The notes: generated by a model from the letters alone, not told the origin. 64,000 nucleotides of DNA from an uncultured Pseudomonadota bacterium (GCA_963836235.1 CAWIIP010000002.1:1312001-1376000), one strand, 5' to 3'; counted from the first letter of the stretch, positions 1 through 10,383 are shown. Numbers and translations: made by a program.

Positions 1-568
1 TCGCGAGCGAAAGTTTGACCAGGTTTTGAAAATAATTGTAGGTGGCCACGCAAGGAATGGCGATGAGGAGTCCGACAGCAGTCGCCACCAGCGCCTCGGA
101 CACGCCCCGCATGACCACGGTCGGCCCGGAGGTGCCGGCCAAAGCCAGATCGTTGAAGGCCTTGATGATGCCCAAGACGGTTCCGAACAAGCCGATGAAA
201 GGAGCGTTACTGCCGAGGGTGCCCAGCACCAGCAGGTTTTTCTCCATCACCATTTTTTCATGAATTCTTTGGCTTTCCAGGATTTGCCCCAGGGCGGCCG
301 GCCCCGCCAAAAGATTGGCCAAGCCTACCTTCAGGATGGCACCCGCCGGGGAGTCCGTATTCTCCACGAGTTTTTGGACTTCCTTGATATTTCCCTTCGA
401 AAGCAGGTCGGGAACCTTCTCTTCTAATAATTCCGTATCCTTGACTTTCTTTTTAAAGAGGAAAAACCGGTCCCAAATGACCGCGATACTCCAGACGGAC
501 AGCCCTAACAGAAGGTAAAGAATCCATTCGCCCCCTAAAAGAGCGAATGCCTTGATGGCTTGAAGCAT
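1..568 (-). CDS. MotA/TolQ/ExbB proton channel family protein (runs off window start)
   Basis: Manual translation from ATG 568: MLQAIKAF...EKNLLVLGTLGSNAPFIGLFGTVLGIIKAF...GVSEALVATAVGLLIAIP, the ExbB/TolQ TM signature; absent from ORF track. Confidence 0.9.
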   Translation of the reverse strand, partial: MLQAIKAFALLGGEWILYLLLGLSVWSIAVIWDRFFLFKKKVKDTELLEEKVPDLLSKGNIKEVQKLVENTDSPAGAILKVGLANLLAGPAALGQILESQRIHEKMVMEKNLLVLGTLGSNAPFIGLFGTVLGIIKAFNDLALAGTSGPTVVMRGVSEALVATAVGLLIAIPCVATYNYFQNLVKLSLA

Positions 569-683
569 GGACTTTCTCCTATCCGATTTTGTTCAAAGCC
601 AAAAGGCTTTTTTCGATATCCGTCTTTAGACGTTGCTTCCCAGGCGACCCAGCCTCCCGCAATCAATCCCATTCGCTTTAATT

Positions 684-3600
684 CTACTTTGCCCTTGCGG
701 CCTTGGGTTTTCCGTTCGGCCCGGACTTCGGCTTGGGCTTGTCGTCATCCAAGCGGAAAAGGCCCCTGGTCCAAAGCCTGAAGTCGTCCATGTAGCCATA
801 AACCGAGGGGACAACGATCAGCGTCAAGAAGAGCGAACTGATCAGTCCCCCGATGACCGCAACCCCCATGGACTGGCGGAATTTGCCCACTTCCGTCAGG
901 GCCAGGGCCACCGGCATCATCCCCATGATGAGGGCCATGGTGGTCATGAGGATGGGACGCAGACGGATGACCCCCGCCTTCTTGATAGCCTCGTCCCGGG
1001 GCAACCCGGTACCTTCCATGCGCACCACGTAATCCACCAGCAGGATGGCGTTTTTCGTCACCAGCCCCATGAGCATGATGAGGGAGATCATGGTGAAAAT
1101 ATTCAGGCTCTGGCCCGACACCAGCAAGGCCACAAAGGCGCCCACGATGGCCAGGGGGATGGAGATCATGATGGAAAAGGGAATGATAGGCGAATCGTAA
1201 AGGCTGGTCAGGATCATATAGGTGAAAAGCAGGGCCAAAACCATGGCCACCAGCATGCTGATGGAGAGGTCCTGCAGATCCTTGCCCTGTCCCACGAAAC
1301 TATAAGTAACGCCCGGCGGAAGGGTTTCTTTCGCTAGGATGACCTTGGCCTGGTTGATGATGGTGCCCAAAGCCCCCTTAGCGCCCAACTGCCCGGTGAT
1401 TTCGATATAGCGCTGGCGGTTGAGGCGGTTGATCTTGGAGGGCCCTTCGGTGGTGACCGGTTGGGCGATATCCAGGAGCCTCACCATGCGGTTGTTGGTG
1501 TTGGGCACGTAAACGTCGTTGAAATCCTTCTGGAGGTTGCGCTGGTCTTCCTGCATGCGCACACGGATGTCATATTCCAACCCGTTCTCCCGGAACTTGG
1601 CGGGAACCGTCCCCTCGATCTGGGTGCGAAGCTCGTCACCCGCCTGGATGCCGAGGACGCCCAACTGGCGGCATTTGGCTGGATCCAGGACCGCTTGGAA
1701 TTCTTCCTTCCCCCCGTCGTAATTGGTTTCAACGTCTTCCAGTCCGGGAATGGCCTTGATTTTCTCTTTGATGCTGTAGACCACGGGTTCCAGCACTTTA
1801 TAGTCGATTCCCACGATGTCGAGGCTGAAGGGAGCCTGGTTGCCCAAGGCGTCCCGGTCCCCGACTGAAGGCTGCATTAACTGCCGGTAGGGTTCCAATT
1901 GCTTCCGGATGGCCACCTTCAAATCGGCGGCCGTCAGTTTGCGAAGGCGGTAATTGATCAACTTGGCGTAAATCAGGGCCACATTCTCGTTGCCTTGGGT
2001 ATCCCCTACGACTTCGGAAGTGACATCGACCTCCGAATGGGCCCGGACGATCGCGGCGATCTTCATGGCCCATTCCCTGGTAGTGTCCAGGGCCATGTCG
2101 GGCGGGCCCTTTAAGGTCACTTGGAATTCCGGATTGTCCGCGTTGGGCACGAAGGTGAAAGGAATGAACTTGCCCAGGAACAGGCTGCCCAAAAAGATAA
2201 CGAAAGCCGTCAGGACGACCCAGAGGCGGTGGTGGATGCTCCATCCGATGACCTTCTCGTAGCCCTTCTCCATCCTGGTTTGGAGGTCATCGAACCATTG
2301 GAAAAAGGCCAGCTTATGTTCGGCTTTTCCTCGCTTCCCCGCCCAATAGGCCGAAAGCATGGGACCCATGGTGAGGGCCTCGAAGAGCGAGATGACCATG
2401 GCAAAACAGACCGTCATCCCGAATTGCTTGAAGAACTGGCCCACCGTACCTTTCAAAAAGGCGATGGGAAGAAAAACGGCGATGATGACGCCGGTGGTGG
2501 CCACGACCGCCAAGGCCACTTCCATGGTGCCCTCAACGGCGGCCTTCTTCGGCTCCTCCCCCTCCTCCATGTGCCGCCAGATGTTTTCCCGAACCACGAT
2601 AGCGTCGTCGATCAAGAGCCCCACCGCCAGGGAAAGGGCCAGGATGGTCATGAAATTCAGGGTAAAGCCCATCCAGTTCATCAGGATGAAGGCTCCCAAA
2701 AGCGAAGTGGGAAGCGCGGTGATGGTGATCAAGGTAGAGCGGAAGCTCCCCAGGAAAAGCAACACGACCAGGACGGTCAGCACGATGCCCATTAAGATGG
2801 TTTGCTTGACGTCATCCAGGTTCAAGCGGATGCCCCAGGCATCCTCCCGCACCATGGAAAGTTGGGCGCCCCCCGGCCGGGTTTTCAATAGTTCGTTCAA
2901 GGAACCGATGGCGTCCTTGACCTCATCCACCACCGCTACCGTGTTGGCCTTGGTTTGCTTGTGCAGCTGCAAGAACAAGGAAGGCTCGCCCTTGAAAGAG
3001 CTGTAATTTTGGGCGTCCTCGACGGTGTCGACCACTGTCCCCACCTTATCCACGGTAATCGGAACGTCCGAGCCAACGAAACTGATGACCGTGTGCCTCA
3101 GTCGGTCCAAGTCGTTGTACTCTCCCACGGAGCGGAAGAGGATGTTGTTGCCGTTCACCTCGAATTTGCCCACGGGAATGTTCTGGCCGTTCAAGCCGAT
3201 GTTATCGGCCACCGAGCTGGCGCTGAGGTGGTAGGCGTTGAGCTTATTCCGGTCCAGCTCCACCCTTATCTCACGTTTGGAACTTCCAAAAATGTCCACC
3301 ACGCCGACCCCGTTCAATTGGGCCAGTTGGGGTTTGATGAATTGGTCGGCCAGGTCGTAGGCCTGGGGGGAAGTGAGGGAGGATTTCAGCGCCAGGATCA
3401 TGATGGGCTGGTCCGAGGGATCCAGCCGTTGGATGACGGGCTCCTCCACGTCCTTGGGCAGTTGGGGGCGCACCAGCGACAGGCGGTCCCTGACCCTTTG
3501 CTCCGCTTCCTTGCTGTCCGTTTCCAGGGTGAACTGGACGGTCACCACCGAATATCCCTCTTGGTTGGTGGAATTGATTTGTTTGACGCCCTGGAGGGTG

Positions 3601-3815
3601 GAAAACTGTTCTTCCATGGGCTTGGAAATTTGCGTCTCGATTTCTTCCGGCGCCGCCCCCTTATAGTTGGTGGTGACCGAAACCACGGGGAAGCTGACGT
3701 CGGGAAATAGGTCAATGCCCAGGGACCGATAGGCCATCACCCCCAGGATCATGATGAGGATGGCCACACAGGTGATGAAGGCGGGGCGGTCTATGGCGAG
3801 TTTAGGTAGGTTCAC
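684..3815 (-). CDS. RND efflux transporter permease (AcrB/AcrD/AcrF family)
   Basis: 1043 aa; GLLIDDAIVVREN and RLRPILMTT motifs, 12-TM layout. Confidence 0.95.
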   Translation of the reverse strand: MNLPKLAIDRPAFITCVAILIMILGVMAYRSLGIDLFPDVSFPVVSVTTNYKGAAPEEIETQISKPMEEQFSTLQGVKQINSTNQEGYSVVTVQFTLETDSKEAEQRVRDRLSLVRPQLPKDVEEPVIQRLDPSDQPIMILALKSSLTSPQAYDLADQFIKPQLAQLNGVGVVDIFGSSKREIRVELDRNKLNAYHLSASSVADNIGLNGQNIPVGKFEVNGNNILFRSVGEYNDLDRLRHTVISFVGSDVPITVDKVGTVVDTVEDAQNYSSFKGEPSLFLQLHKQTKANTVAVVDEVKDAIGSLNELLKTRPGGAQLSMVREDAWGIRLNLDDVKQTILMGIVLTVLVVLLFLGSFRSTLITITALPTSLLGAFILMNWMGFTLNFMTILALSLAVGLLIDDAIVVRENIWRHMEEGEEPKKAAVEGTMEVALAVVATTGVIIAVFLPIAFLKGTVGQFFKQFGMTVCFAMVISLFEALTMGPMLSAYWAGKRGKAEHKLAFFQWFDDLQTRMEKGYEKVIGWSIHHRLWVVLTAFVIFLGSLFLGKFIPFTFVPNADNPEFQVTLKGPPDMALDTTREWAMKIAAIVRAHSEVDVTSEVVGDTQGNENVALIYAKLINYRLRKLTAADLKVAIRKQLEPYRQLMQPSVGDRDALGNQAPFSLDIVGIDYKVLEPVVYSIKEKIKAIPGLEDVETNYDGGKEEFQAVLDPAKCRQLGVLGIQAGDELRTQIEGTVPAKFRENGLEYDIRVRMQEDQRNLQKDFNDVYVPNTNNRMVRLLDIAQPVTTEGPSKINRLNRQRYIEITGQLGAKGALGTIINQAKVILAKETLPPGVTYSFVGQGKDLQDLSISMLVAMVLALLFTYMILTSLYDSPIIPFSIMISIPLAIVGAFVALLVSGQSLNIFTMISLIMLMGLVTKNAILLVDYVVRMEGTGLPRDEAIKKAGVIRLRPILMTTMALIMGMMPVALALTEVGKFRQSMGVAVIGGLISSLFLTLIVVPSVYGYMDDFRLWTRGLFRLDDDKPKPKSGPNGKPKAARAK

Positions 3816-5278
3816 TTGGATTCTCCTTTTTCATCCGCAAGCCACCATTGGGCCTGGGCCAACAGGTTCAGTTTTTCCGCGATGACCGCCAAGCGGCTCA
3901 GGCGCGCCGCGTTATAGTCGTTCTCAAAGGATAAAAGCTGGAACTCGGTGGTGCGGCCGAACTCCAGCCGCTTGCGTTCCTGGTCCGCCTTGTTCTTTTG
4001 GATTTCCTCGATTTCGGTGGTCATGGCGAGGCGCTTGTCCACGTCGGCCATGCGGTTGCGCCAGTCCTGCCAGTCCTGGCCGACCTCCAACTGCTTGTCC
4101 TTCAAACTGAGAACCGCGCTTTCGTAGGTCCGCTTATAGCCCTCGGCTACCCGGGAGGCGGTAAAGACATCCAGGGGCAGGTTGAACTCGGCGCCGATGT
4201 TCCAGGTGGGATAATTGAAGGCCCAAGCCGTCTGGTCGGCGGGCTCGAAGGTCGGGTCCAGGCCGTTGCCCCGCCAGGAAGCGTTGAGGGTGATATCGGG
4301 ATAAATATTTTGGGCGGCCTCGTCGTAAGCAGCCTTTTGGCTGTCCGCCGTCTTTTGCGTGGCTTTCAAGTCCAATCGGTCGGGTAAAGTGGCGGGGATT
4401 TCCACTTTCAAACCGGCAAGGGAATCGTCCAGGCTTTCCAACTGTTCGGGTACATCGCCCTCTTGGGTTCCCCGATAGCGGTTGAATTGGAGTTGGGCGG
4501 ACATTTCACTTTCGGTGGACTGTTCCAAATCCAATCCGGCCAAGCGAACCGAGGCCTCCGCCTGCAGGGCGTCGGGCGGGTCGGCCAGGTTGCGGGCCAC
4601 CCGCCTTTTGGTCCAGTCCCAGATCTGCTGGCTGCGGTCCAGGGTGTCCTGGAAGATTTGGATCTGGGTCCGGGCCAGGGCCAGGTTCCAATAGGCCACC
4701 TTGGCGTTATAAAGGGCCTGGGCGTTTTGATAGGCGGCGTTGTTGGCCGACGATTCAAACTGGTATCGGATTTGGTGGACGCCCGCGCTGGTCTGGGCGC
4801 CTCCGAAATCCTTGAAGAGGGGCATCGAAAGTGAGATCACCGGCGCGATTTGGTAATAAGAACTCAAAGGCAAGCTCCCATTAAAAAAGGCTTCGGTCTG
4901 GGGCGAGAAATAAAAAGAGGGCAAGGTTAAATTGGTGTTCGTAAAGGCATAGCCGATGGAAAGGGAGGGTCCGAAGGGCAGTTTGTCCGTGATCGAAACT
5001 CCCGCCGTGTCCGTCAGGGTGTGGGGATTGACGAAAGGGTTGGAGGGTTGTTCCAGGTCGTCCAGGTGGTTGTAACCCGCCACCAACTGGGGCGAATAGG
5101 TCAGGTCTTGTTGATGGGACTGTTTCTCATAGCCTTCCACAGCCGCATGGGAGGATTGGTATCCCGGGCCTTTAGTTTCGACCTGTCCCAGGTAATCCTC
5201 CAGCAACAGTTTTTGCTGGGCGAAAGCCGCTCCCGCCGCCAGCCACAACGCCATTCCCAGACCGAATCGCTTTCCCAT
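3812..5278 (-). CDS. TolC-family outer membrane efflux protein
   Basis: Signal peptide, helical repeats, YPDITL and RLEFGRTTEFQLL segments; 4-nt overlap with RND gene. Confidence 0.85.
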   Translation of the reverse strand: MGKRFGLGMALWLAAGAAFAQQKLLLEDYLGQVETKGPGYQSSHAAVEGYEKQSHQQDLTYSPQLVAGYNHLDDLEQPSNPFVNPHTLTDTAGVSITDKLPFGPSLSIGYAFTNTNLTLPSFYFSPQTEAFFNGSLPLSSYYQIAPVISLSMPLFKDFGGAQTSAGVHQIRYQFESSANNAAYQNAQALYNAKVAYWNLALARTQIQIFQDTLDRSQQIWDWTKRRVARNLADPPDALQAEASVRLAGLDLEQSTESEMSAQLQFNRYRGTQEGDVPEQLESLDDSLAGLKVEIPATLPDRLDLKATQKTADSQKAAYDEAAQNIYPDITLNASWRGNGLDPTFEPADQTAWAFNYPTWNIGAEFNLPLDVFTASRVAEGYKRTYESAVLSLKDKQLEVGQDWQDWRNRMADVDKRLAMTTEIEEIQKNKADQERKRLEFGRTTEFQLLSFENDYNAARLSRLAVIAEKLNLLAQAQWWLADEKGESK

Positions 5279-5433
5279 GTTTCTTAATCCACCTTGTTCA
5301 ATTTAAAAACCGAAAAACATGCCACATCACTTCCAGTCAATATAAAACCGGGCAAGGCCTTTTGCTTTTCAGCCTTGTTTCGGTTTGTAACCAAATGTAA
5401 CCGACCCTCAAGCCAAGGGCTGGAACCTTAGGA

Positions 5434-5886
5434 TTATTTTCCTTTGTACTTGGCTTTCATCTTTTCGCCCCAAGTTTTCCAATCCTGTAGGGTCCAATTG
5501 GCATAATCGGGTTCGGACCAATCAGCAGCGGATTCATCGCCGCCGTCCGCCCAATCCCTCCAATCCTTTTCAGTCCAGTTTTTCCGCTCCATGCCCCAGC
5601 GGATCCAGTCGTCGATCTGGCCCGGCCCGCCGCCCCCCACTTCCCGGGGCATGACCAGCCCGAGAACCGCCGAGGCTGCGGCCACCGTGCCACCGATTAG
5701 GAGGCCCGCCAGCACGAAAATCACCAAAAGCGTCGTATTCATTCCCTGGCCGTGCGCCAGCACAATCCAGGAAAACCCCAAGGCCAGGACCACTCCCCCG
5801 ATGATTCCCGTCACCGCGATAAAGTTTCCTTCCCCAAACGAAACGTTGGCGTGGATCTTTTGCGTGTTCTTTAATTCCTCATTCAT
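5434..5886 (-). CDS. 2-TM membrane protein with Trp-rich C-terminal tail (candidate anti-sigma factor)
   Basis: Two hydrophobic helices then repeated W-T/S-x-x-D-W/Y units; overlaps sigma gene stop by 8 nt. Confidence 0.6.
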   Translation of the reverse strand: MNEELKNTQKIHANVSFGEGNFIAVTGIIGGVVLALGFSWIVLAHGQGMNTTLLVIFVLAGLLIGGTVAAASAVLGLVMPREVGGGGPGQIDDWIRWGMERKNWTEKDWRDWADGGDESAADWSEPDYANWTLQDWKTWGEKMKAKYKGK

Positions 5887-6430
5887 CTTTCGCTCCTCTT
5901 GTACCGGGGCGGCCTTTCGGCTTTTCCGGTGGATGGCGATGGGCTCCCAGGGCGGCCCTCAAGGCCCCCAGGGCATAACGGCAACGGCTGCCCGCCGTGT
6001 TCAAGGAAATCTCCAAAGCCTCGCCGATTTCCTTAAAGGACAGTCCCATGTAATATTTCATCCTCAGGACCGCCTTCTGAGCATCCGGTAGTTTCTCCAC
6101 GGCCCTTTCCAGGACTTTGGAATCCACCGGTGGAAGAAAAATTTCTTCTGCCTCTTCCATACCCGCCGACTCGGCCATCTCCAGCGGGAGATGGTGCTTA
6201 TGCCTTGCCCTTCGCTTGAGCGCGTTCAGCCAAACCGCCCGGGCCGTATAGGCTCCCGGGGTCTCGACCTTCAAACTTTCACGGCGTTCCCAAAGGAGGG
6301 CCAGAGTTTCCTGGACCACATCTTCCGCTTCCTCGCGGTTTCCCAGGACGCGGCGCGCCAATCGCACCCACATTGCCCGGTTTTCCGCGGCGAAAGCCTG
6401 GAAATCCTCCCCTTGTTGAAAGTCGTTCAT
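5879..6430 (-). CDS. ECF RNA polymerase sigma-70 factor
   Basis: AEDVVQET region 2 and LP...GLSFKEIGEALEISLNTAGSR region 4. Confidence 0.9.
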   Translation of the reverse strand: MNDFQQGEDFQAFAAENRAMWVRLARRVLGNREEAEDVVQETLALLWERRESLKVETPGAYTARAVWLNALKRRARHKHHLPLEMAESAGMEEAEEIFLPPVDSKVLERAVEKLPDAQKAVLRMKYYMGLSFKEIGEALEISLNTAGSRCRYALGALRAALGAHRHPPEKPKGRPGTRGAKDE

Positions 6431-6549
6431 GGCCTGGCCTCAAACCTCGCTCACTTGGATAGACCCGCCCCAGGCCCCTTTTGTCTATCCAAAATGGAAT
6501 TTTCCCTTCCGACGCTTCCGGCCCGCCCGCCGGTCCATCGGCAAAATTT

Positions 6550-7161
6550 TTACGCGCTCATGAACTGGTTCGCGTAAACCCGGGCCAAAAGCCGTATGTA
6601 AGACTCGTCGTCTCCGATAATGTCGGAAAGCCCGCCCACCATCTTCACCTGCCAGGTGTAATGGGACAGCGCTCCCACGAATTGGAAATAGGTCCGCCTA
6701 ATCTCGGTCTCGCTCAACTTTCCCTTCACGAAGGGCGCCAGGATGTCCCGGGCCACGGTCGTGAGGGATTCCTTGATGAAGCCCAGGTAGAATTTTTTCA
6801 CTCCCGGATTGGTCATGGCCTCGTTCACGAGGATCTTGAGAAATTCCAGGTTCTCGGGACGACCCATTCTTTCCAAGTGGTTGTGAGCGATGGCATAAAA
6901 GACTTGCTCCAGGTTTTGGGCGTGGGTTAGTTCCCCCTTGAGGGATTCCATTTCATCCTCGTGGCATCCCAAGATCGCCAACAGGATCGCTTCTTTACTT
7001 TTGAAATAATGATAGAGCGTCGCCTTGGTCACCTTGCAGGCCTTGGCGATCTGGGCCATGCTGGTTTCTTTGAAGCCCTGGTTGGCGATCAACCGCCGCG
7101 CGTGCGACAAAAGCCGCATGCGTTGGTCCGAATGTTTTTGTTCATTAAGAAGCTTGGCCAT
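6550..7161 (-). CDS. TetR/AcrR family regulator
   Basis: GFKETSMAQIAKACKVTKATLYHYFKSKE HTH. Confidence 0.92.
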   Translation of the reverse strand: MAKLLNEQKHSDQRMRLLSHARRLIANQGFKETSMAQIAKACKVTKATLYHYFKSKEAILLAILGCHEDEMESLKGELTHAQNLEQVFYAIAHNHLERMGRPENLEFLKILVNEAMTNPGVKKFYLGFIKESLTTVARDILAPFVKGKLSETEIRRTYFQFVGALSHYTWQVKMVGGLSDIIGDDESYIRLLARVYANQFMSA

Positions 7162-7170
7162 AGGGGCATA

Positions 7171-7199
7171 AACCTACCAACCGGTCGGTTGAATGTCAA
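7171..7199 (-). promoter_or_regulatory. sigma70 promoter with TetR-type operator in the spacer
   Basis: Minus strand TTGACA-17 bp-TAGGTT; near-palindrome ACCAACCGGTCGGT (7176-7189) between the boxes. Confidence 0.65.
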
Positions 7200-7373
7200 C
7201 GGAGTGTTCAAAAATCTACTTTTAACTGGAAAATAGGAAAACAAAGGTCCGTTATTTCGAGTAAAAATCGTGAAACTTTTTTTCCTTATATTCCGTCTAA
7301 TTTTCATAAGGCAGCAAAATAAGCTTTTAAACCCATTAATTAACCCACTGACTAAACTTAAGGAGATTAAGAA

Positions 7374-7556
7374 ATGAAAAAAGTAATGACATTGGCTTTG
7401 GCCTTGTTCTTCGTGACGGCAACTTCCGGCTTGGTTTTGGCCCAAGGGACCACCACTGCCGCACCAGCGACTAAAACCATGAAGAAAGCCCATAAAAAGC
7501 ACCACACCAAGAAAAAGGGCTCTGCCGCTTCCGCGACAGCGGCTCCAGCCAAGTAA
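7374..7556 (+). CDS. Small secreted Lys/His/Ala-rich protein (Asr-like)
   Basis: AGGAG RBS, signal peptide, KKAHKKHHTKKK tract, followed by terminator. Confidence 0.7.
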   Translation: MKKVMTLALALFFVTATSGLVLAQGTTTAAPATKTMKKAHKKHHTKKKGSAASATAAPAK

Positions 7557-7600
7557 TCTTGGCCCAAAGTAGTGCTTCAAGGCTTTAAAAGTCGCAGTAA

Positions 7601-7631
7601 AGCGGTCCGGCCAAAATCGGACCGCTTTTTT
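7601..7631 (+). terminator. Intrinsic terminator
   Basis: AGCGGTCCG..CGGACCGCT stem followed by T-tract. Confidence 0.8.
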
Positions 7632-7736
7632 ATTTTCAAAACAACCCGAATTCCAAGTAAATTAGGGTGTCAACGGAACTTTCTTAAAACCAGGACGTCT
7701 ATATAGAAGAGTAAAAAGATTGAAGAGGAGGATTTT

Positions 7737-8123
7737 ATGAAGCGTTTCATTTCTTTCGCGGCTTTATTGTTGTTGAGTACAACCGGTTTGGCCTTGGCTC
7801 AAAACACGACACCTGTCGCCCAACCCGTCATGAAGTGGGACAATCCCCGCTTTACCGAAATTCATACCCGAATGAAAAATCAGAGGACTCGCATCGCGCA
7901 GGGACTGAAGAGTGGCAAACTCACCCAAGATGAGGCGAAAACCCTGCAAAACAAGATTGAAGCTGTTCGGGGACAAATGCGTAGCGATTTTCAACAAAAC
8001 AAGCAAAGCGGCCAAAAAGGGCTGACGGACCAACAATTCCAACAACTGAATCAAATGTTGGATGACAGCTCCCTGGCTATTTTCGGCGATAAACACGGAG
8101 ACGCAACCCCAGCCAACCCCTAA
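7737..8123 (+). CDS. Secreted helical hypothetical protein
   Basis: GGAGG RBS, signal peptide, RIAQGLKSGKLTQDEA motif. Confidence 0.75.
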   Translation: MKRFISFAALLLLSTTGLALAQNTTPVAQPVMKWDNPRFTEIHTRMKNQRTRIAQGLKSGKLTQDEAKTLQNKIEAVRGQMRSDFQQNKQSGQKGLTDQQFQQLNQMLDDSSLAIFGDKHGDATPANP

Positions 8124-8166
8124 AAAGGTCTTCACTACCTTTCACCGTTCTTTTCAAAATCATAAG

Positions 8167-8200
8167 AGCCGGACAGCGCCCCAAAGCTGACCGGCTTTTT
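8167..8200 (+). terminator. Probable intrinsic terminator
   Basis: AGCCGG..CCGGCT stem plus T-run. Confidence 0.55.
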
Positions 8201-8389
8201 CATTACCGCTTTTAACTCCTTATTTCTTTCTAAAAAAACGCAAATCCGAGAGAGGAAATCTTTTTAGAATTAAAAAGCCCTTTAATCTCAAGGTTTTACG
8301 GGTTTCCGGGGCATTGACACCCATGATTACTGGCGGTAAAACAAAGCCCCTGTTTTAGGCAGAGGTCTCACGTCTCGCTGGAGGAAAAC

Positions 8390-9331
8390 TTGCGGTTCTC
8401 ACAACCTTTCCATCGGGTGAAATTCACCCCCTTCTTTTTTTTGTTTTTGTTGGCGCTATCGCCTTTTTTGAACGGTTGTTTCGTCAAGGATGTGGCTGTC
8501 AACTCCATGGCCGACAGTTTCGCCGCGTCCGGGGACACTTTTTCGGCCGACAATGATCCGGAATTGATCCGCCAATCCGTTCCCTTCAGCTTGAAGCTCA
8601 TGGAAAGCATCCTCTCCGCCACACCCCATCACGTGGGTCTCCTAACGGCCCTCTGTAAGGGTTTCACCGAATATGGCTACGCCTTCGTGCAATCCGACAG
8701 CGAATATATCGCCGACACAGATTACGAGAAATCCCGCGCTATGAAACTGCGAGCCAAAAAACTTTACGTGAGGGCCCGGGACTACGGCTTGCGGGGCCTG
8801 GACGTTCGTTATAATCATTTCAGCGACCTCATCCTCAAGGATCCCAAAACAGCCGTGGCCAAGGCGAGGAAACAAGATGTCGAACTGCTTTACTGGACCG
8901 GCGCTTCCTGGCTGGCCGCCATTTCCATCGGCAAGGACGATCCCGATTTGGTATCCGACGTTCCCCAGGCCGAGTCCCTGATTTACCGGGCCTATGAGTT
9001 GGAGCCCGATTACGATGACGGCTCGCTTCATGATTTCTTAATCACTTACGAGGGAAGCAAGCCGGTCCTCATGGGTGGGTCCCTGAAAAAAGCCAAGGAA
9101 CATTTTGAGGCGTCCCTAAAACTGAACAAGGGCTTGAGCGCCTCGACTTACGTGAATTACGCCGAAGCGGTGGATGAAAAAGAGCAGAACCGTGAAGAGT
9201 TTGAGGAAATGCTCCATAAGGCCCTGGAGATCGATGTCGATAAAAAACCCAGCTGGCGTCTGGTAAACTTGATCATGCAGGAAAGGGCTAATTGGCTGCT
9301 TTCAAAGGTTGATACTTTATTCGTGAAATAA
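8390..9331 (+). CDS. TRAP-associated TatT lipoprotein
   Basis: Lipobox LNGC, DNDPELIRQSVPFSLKLME, TPR-like helices, directly upstream of dctP. Confidence 0.85.
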   Translation: MRFSQPFHRVKFTPFFFLFLLALSPFLNGCFVKDVAVNSMADSFAASGDTFSADNDPELIRQSVPFSLKLMESILSATPHHVGLLTALCKGFTEYGYAFVQSDSEYIADTDYEKSRAMKLRAKKLYVRARDYGLRGLDVRYNHFSDLILKDPKTAVAKARKQDVELLYWTGASWLAAISIGKDDPDLVSDVPQAESLIYRAYELEPDYDDGSLHDFLITYEGSKPVLMGGSLKKAKEHFEASLKLNKGLSASTYVNYAEAVDEKEQNREEFEEMLHKALEIDVDKKPSWRLVNLIMQERANWLLSKVDTLFVK

Positions 9332-9363
9332 CCGCCGGAATAGAACAACAAAAGGAGACCACC

Positions 9364-10383
9364 TTGTTCTCATCTTTAAGGAAAATAATGATCGCGGCGA
9401 TGCTTTTTTCGCTGACGGGAACCCTGGCTTACGCGCAGGACGCGGCCGTCACCCTCAAACTGGGAACCTTGGCCCCCGAAGGATCCGTTTGGGACAACAT
9501 CATGCGGGATATGGGCGAGCAGTGGAAAACATCGGGCGTCAAACTGCAGATCTACCCCGGCGGTGTGTTGGGGGATGAGCCGGACATGGTCAGTAAAATG
9601 CGCATCGGCCAAATCCAGCTGGGAGTCCTAACCGTGGTGGGCCTAGCGCAAATCGACAAAGGTGTCCAAGCCCTTTCCATTCCCATGCTCTACAAAAGCT
9701 ACGCCGAAAGCGACTATGTAAGAACAAAAATGCAGCCCCTGTTGGAAGAACGCCTGCTGAAAAAAGGGTTCAAGGTTTTGAACTGGGGTGAGGCGGGTTG
9801 GGTCATGTTTTTCGGCAAGGACCCCATCTTGACTCCGGACGATTTAAAGAAGGCCAAATTTTTCGTCTGGGGCGACGATACCGACACGCTGAACATTTGG
9901 AAATCCGCTGGGTTTTCCCCCATTCCCCTGGCCGCCACCGACATTCTTCCCAACCTCCAGACGGGCCTCATCAACTCTTTTGATACCTCTCCTATTTCAG
10001 CTCTGTCCTTCCAATGGTTTGCCTTAGCCCCCCACATGACCAAGCTCCGCTGGGCGCCCTTGGTGGGAGCCACTATCATCACCACCAAAGCCTGGAACAA
10101 GATACCGGTGGACGCCCAACCCGCCATCCTGAAAGCCGCCGCCGACGCAGGTGTCCGCTTTAAGGACGAGATTCGGGCGGGGGAGGAGAAAGCCATTGAC
10201 GCCATGGTCAAGCACGGCCTGACCGTTCACGATGTGACGCCCGAGCAATATGACGCGTGGGAAAAGCTCTTTACCGGCATCTATCCCCAGATTTCCGGAA
10301 CCGTGGTGCCCGCGGACATGATGGATATGGCTATTAAATACCGCGATGAATACCGCGCCGATCACAAGGCGGCCGCGGAGTAA
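9364..10383 (+). CDS. dctP: TRAP substrate-binding protein (DctP/TatP)
   Basis: LGTLAPEGS, YPGGVLGDE motifs. Confidence 0.9.
   Translation: MFSSLRKIMIAAMLFSLTGTLAYAQDAAVTLKLGTLAPEGSVWDNIMRDMGEQWKTSGVKLQIYPGGVLGDEPDMVSKMRIGQIQLGVLTVVGLAQIDKGVQALSIPMLYKSYAESDYVRTKMQPLLEERLLKKGFKVLNWGEAGWVMFFGKDPILTPDDLKKAKFFVWGDDTDTLNIWKSAGFSPIPLAATDILPNLQTGLINSFDTSPISALSFQWFALAPHMTKLRWAPLVGATIITTKAWNKIPVDAQPAILKAAADAGVRFKDEIRAGEEKAIDAMVKHGLTVHDVTPEQYDAWEKLFTGIYPQISGTVVPADMMDMAIKYRDEYRADHKAAAE

Noticed and set aside
26-3710. Long plus-strand ORFs opposite exbB and the RND gene (and similar shadows such as 24643-25584)
   Set aside because: Antisense shadows of GC-rich coding sequence with no protein motifs
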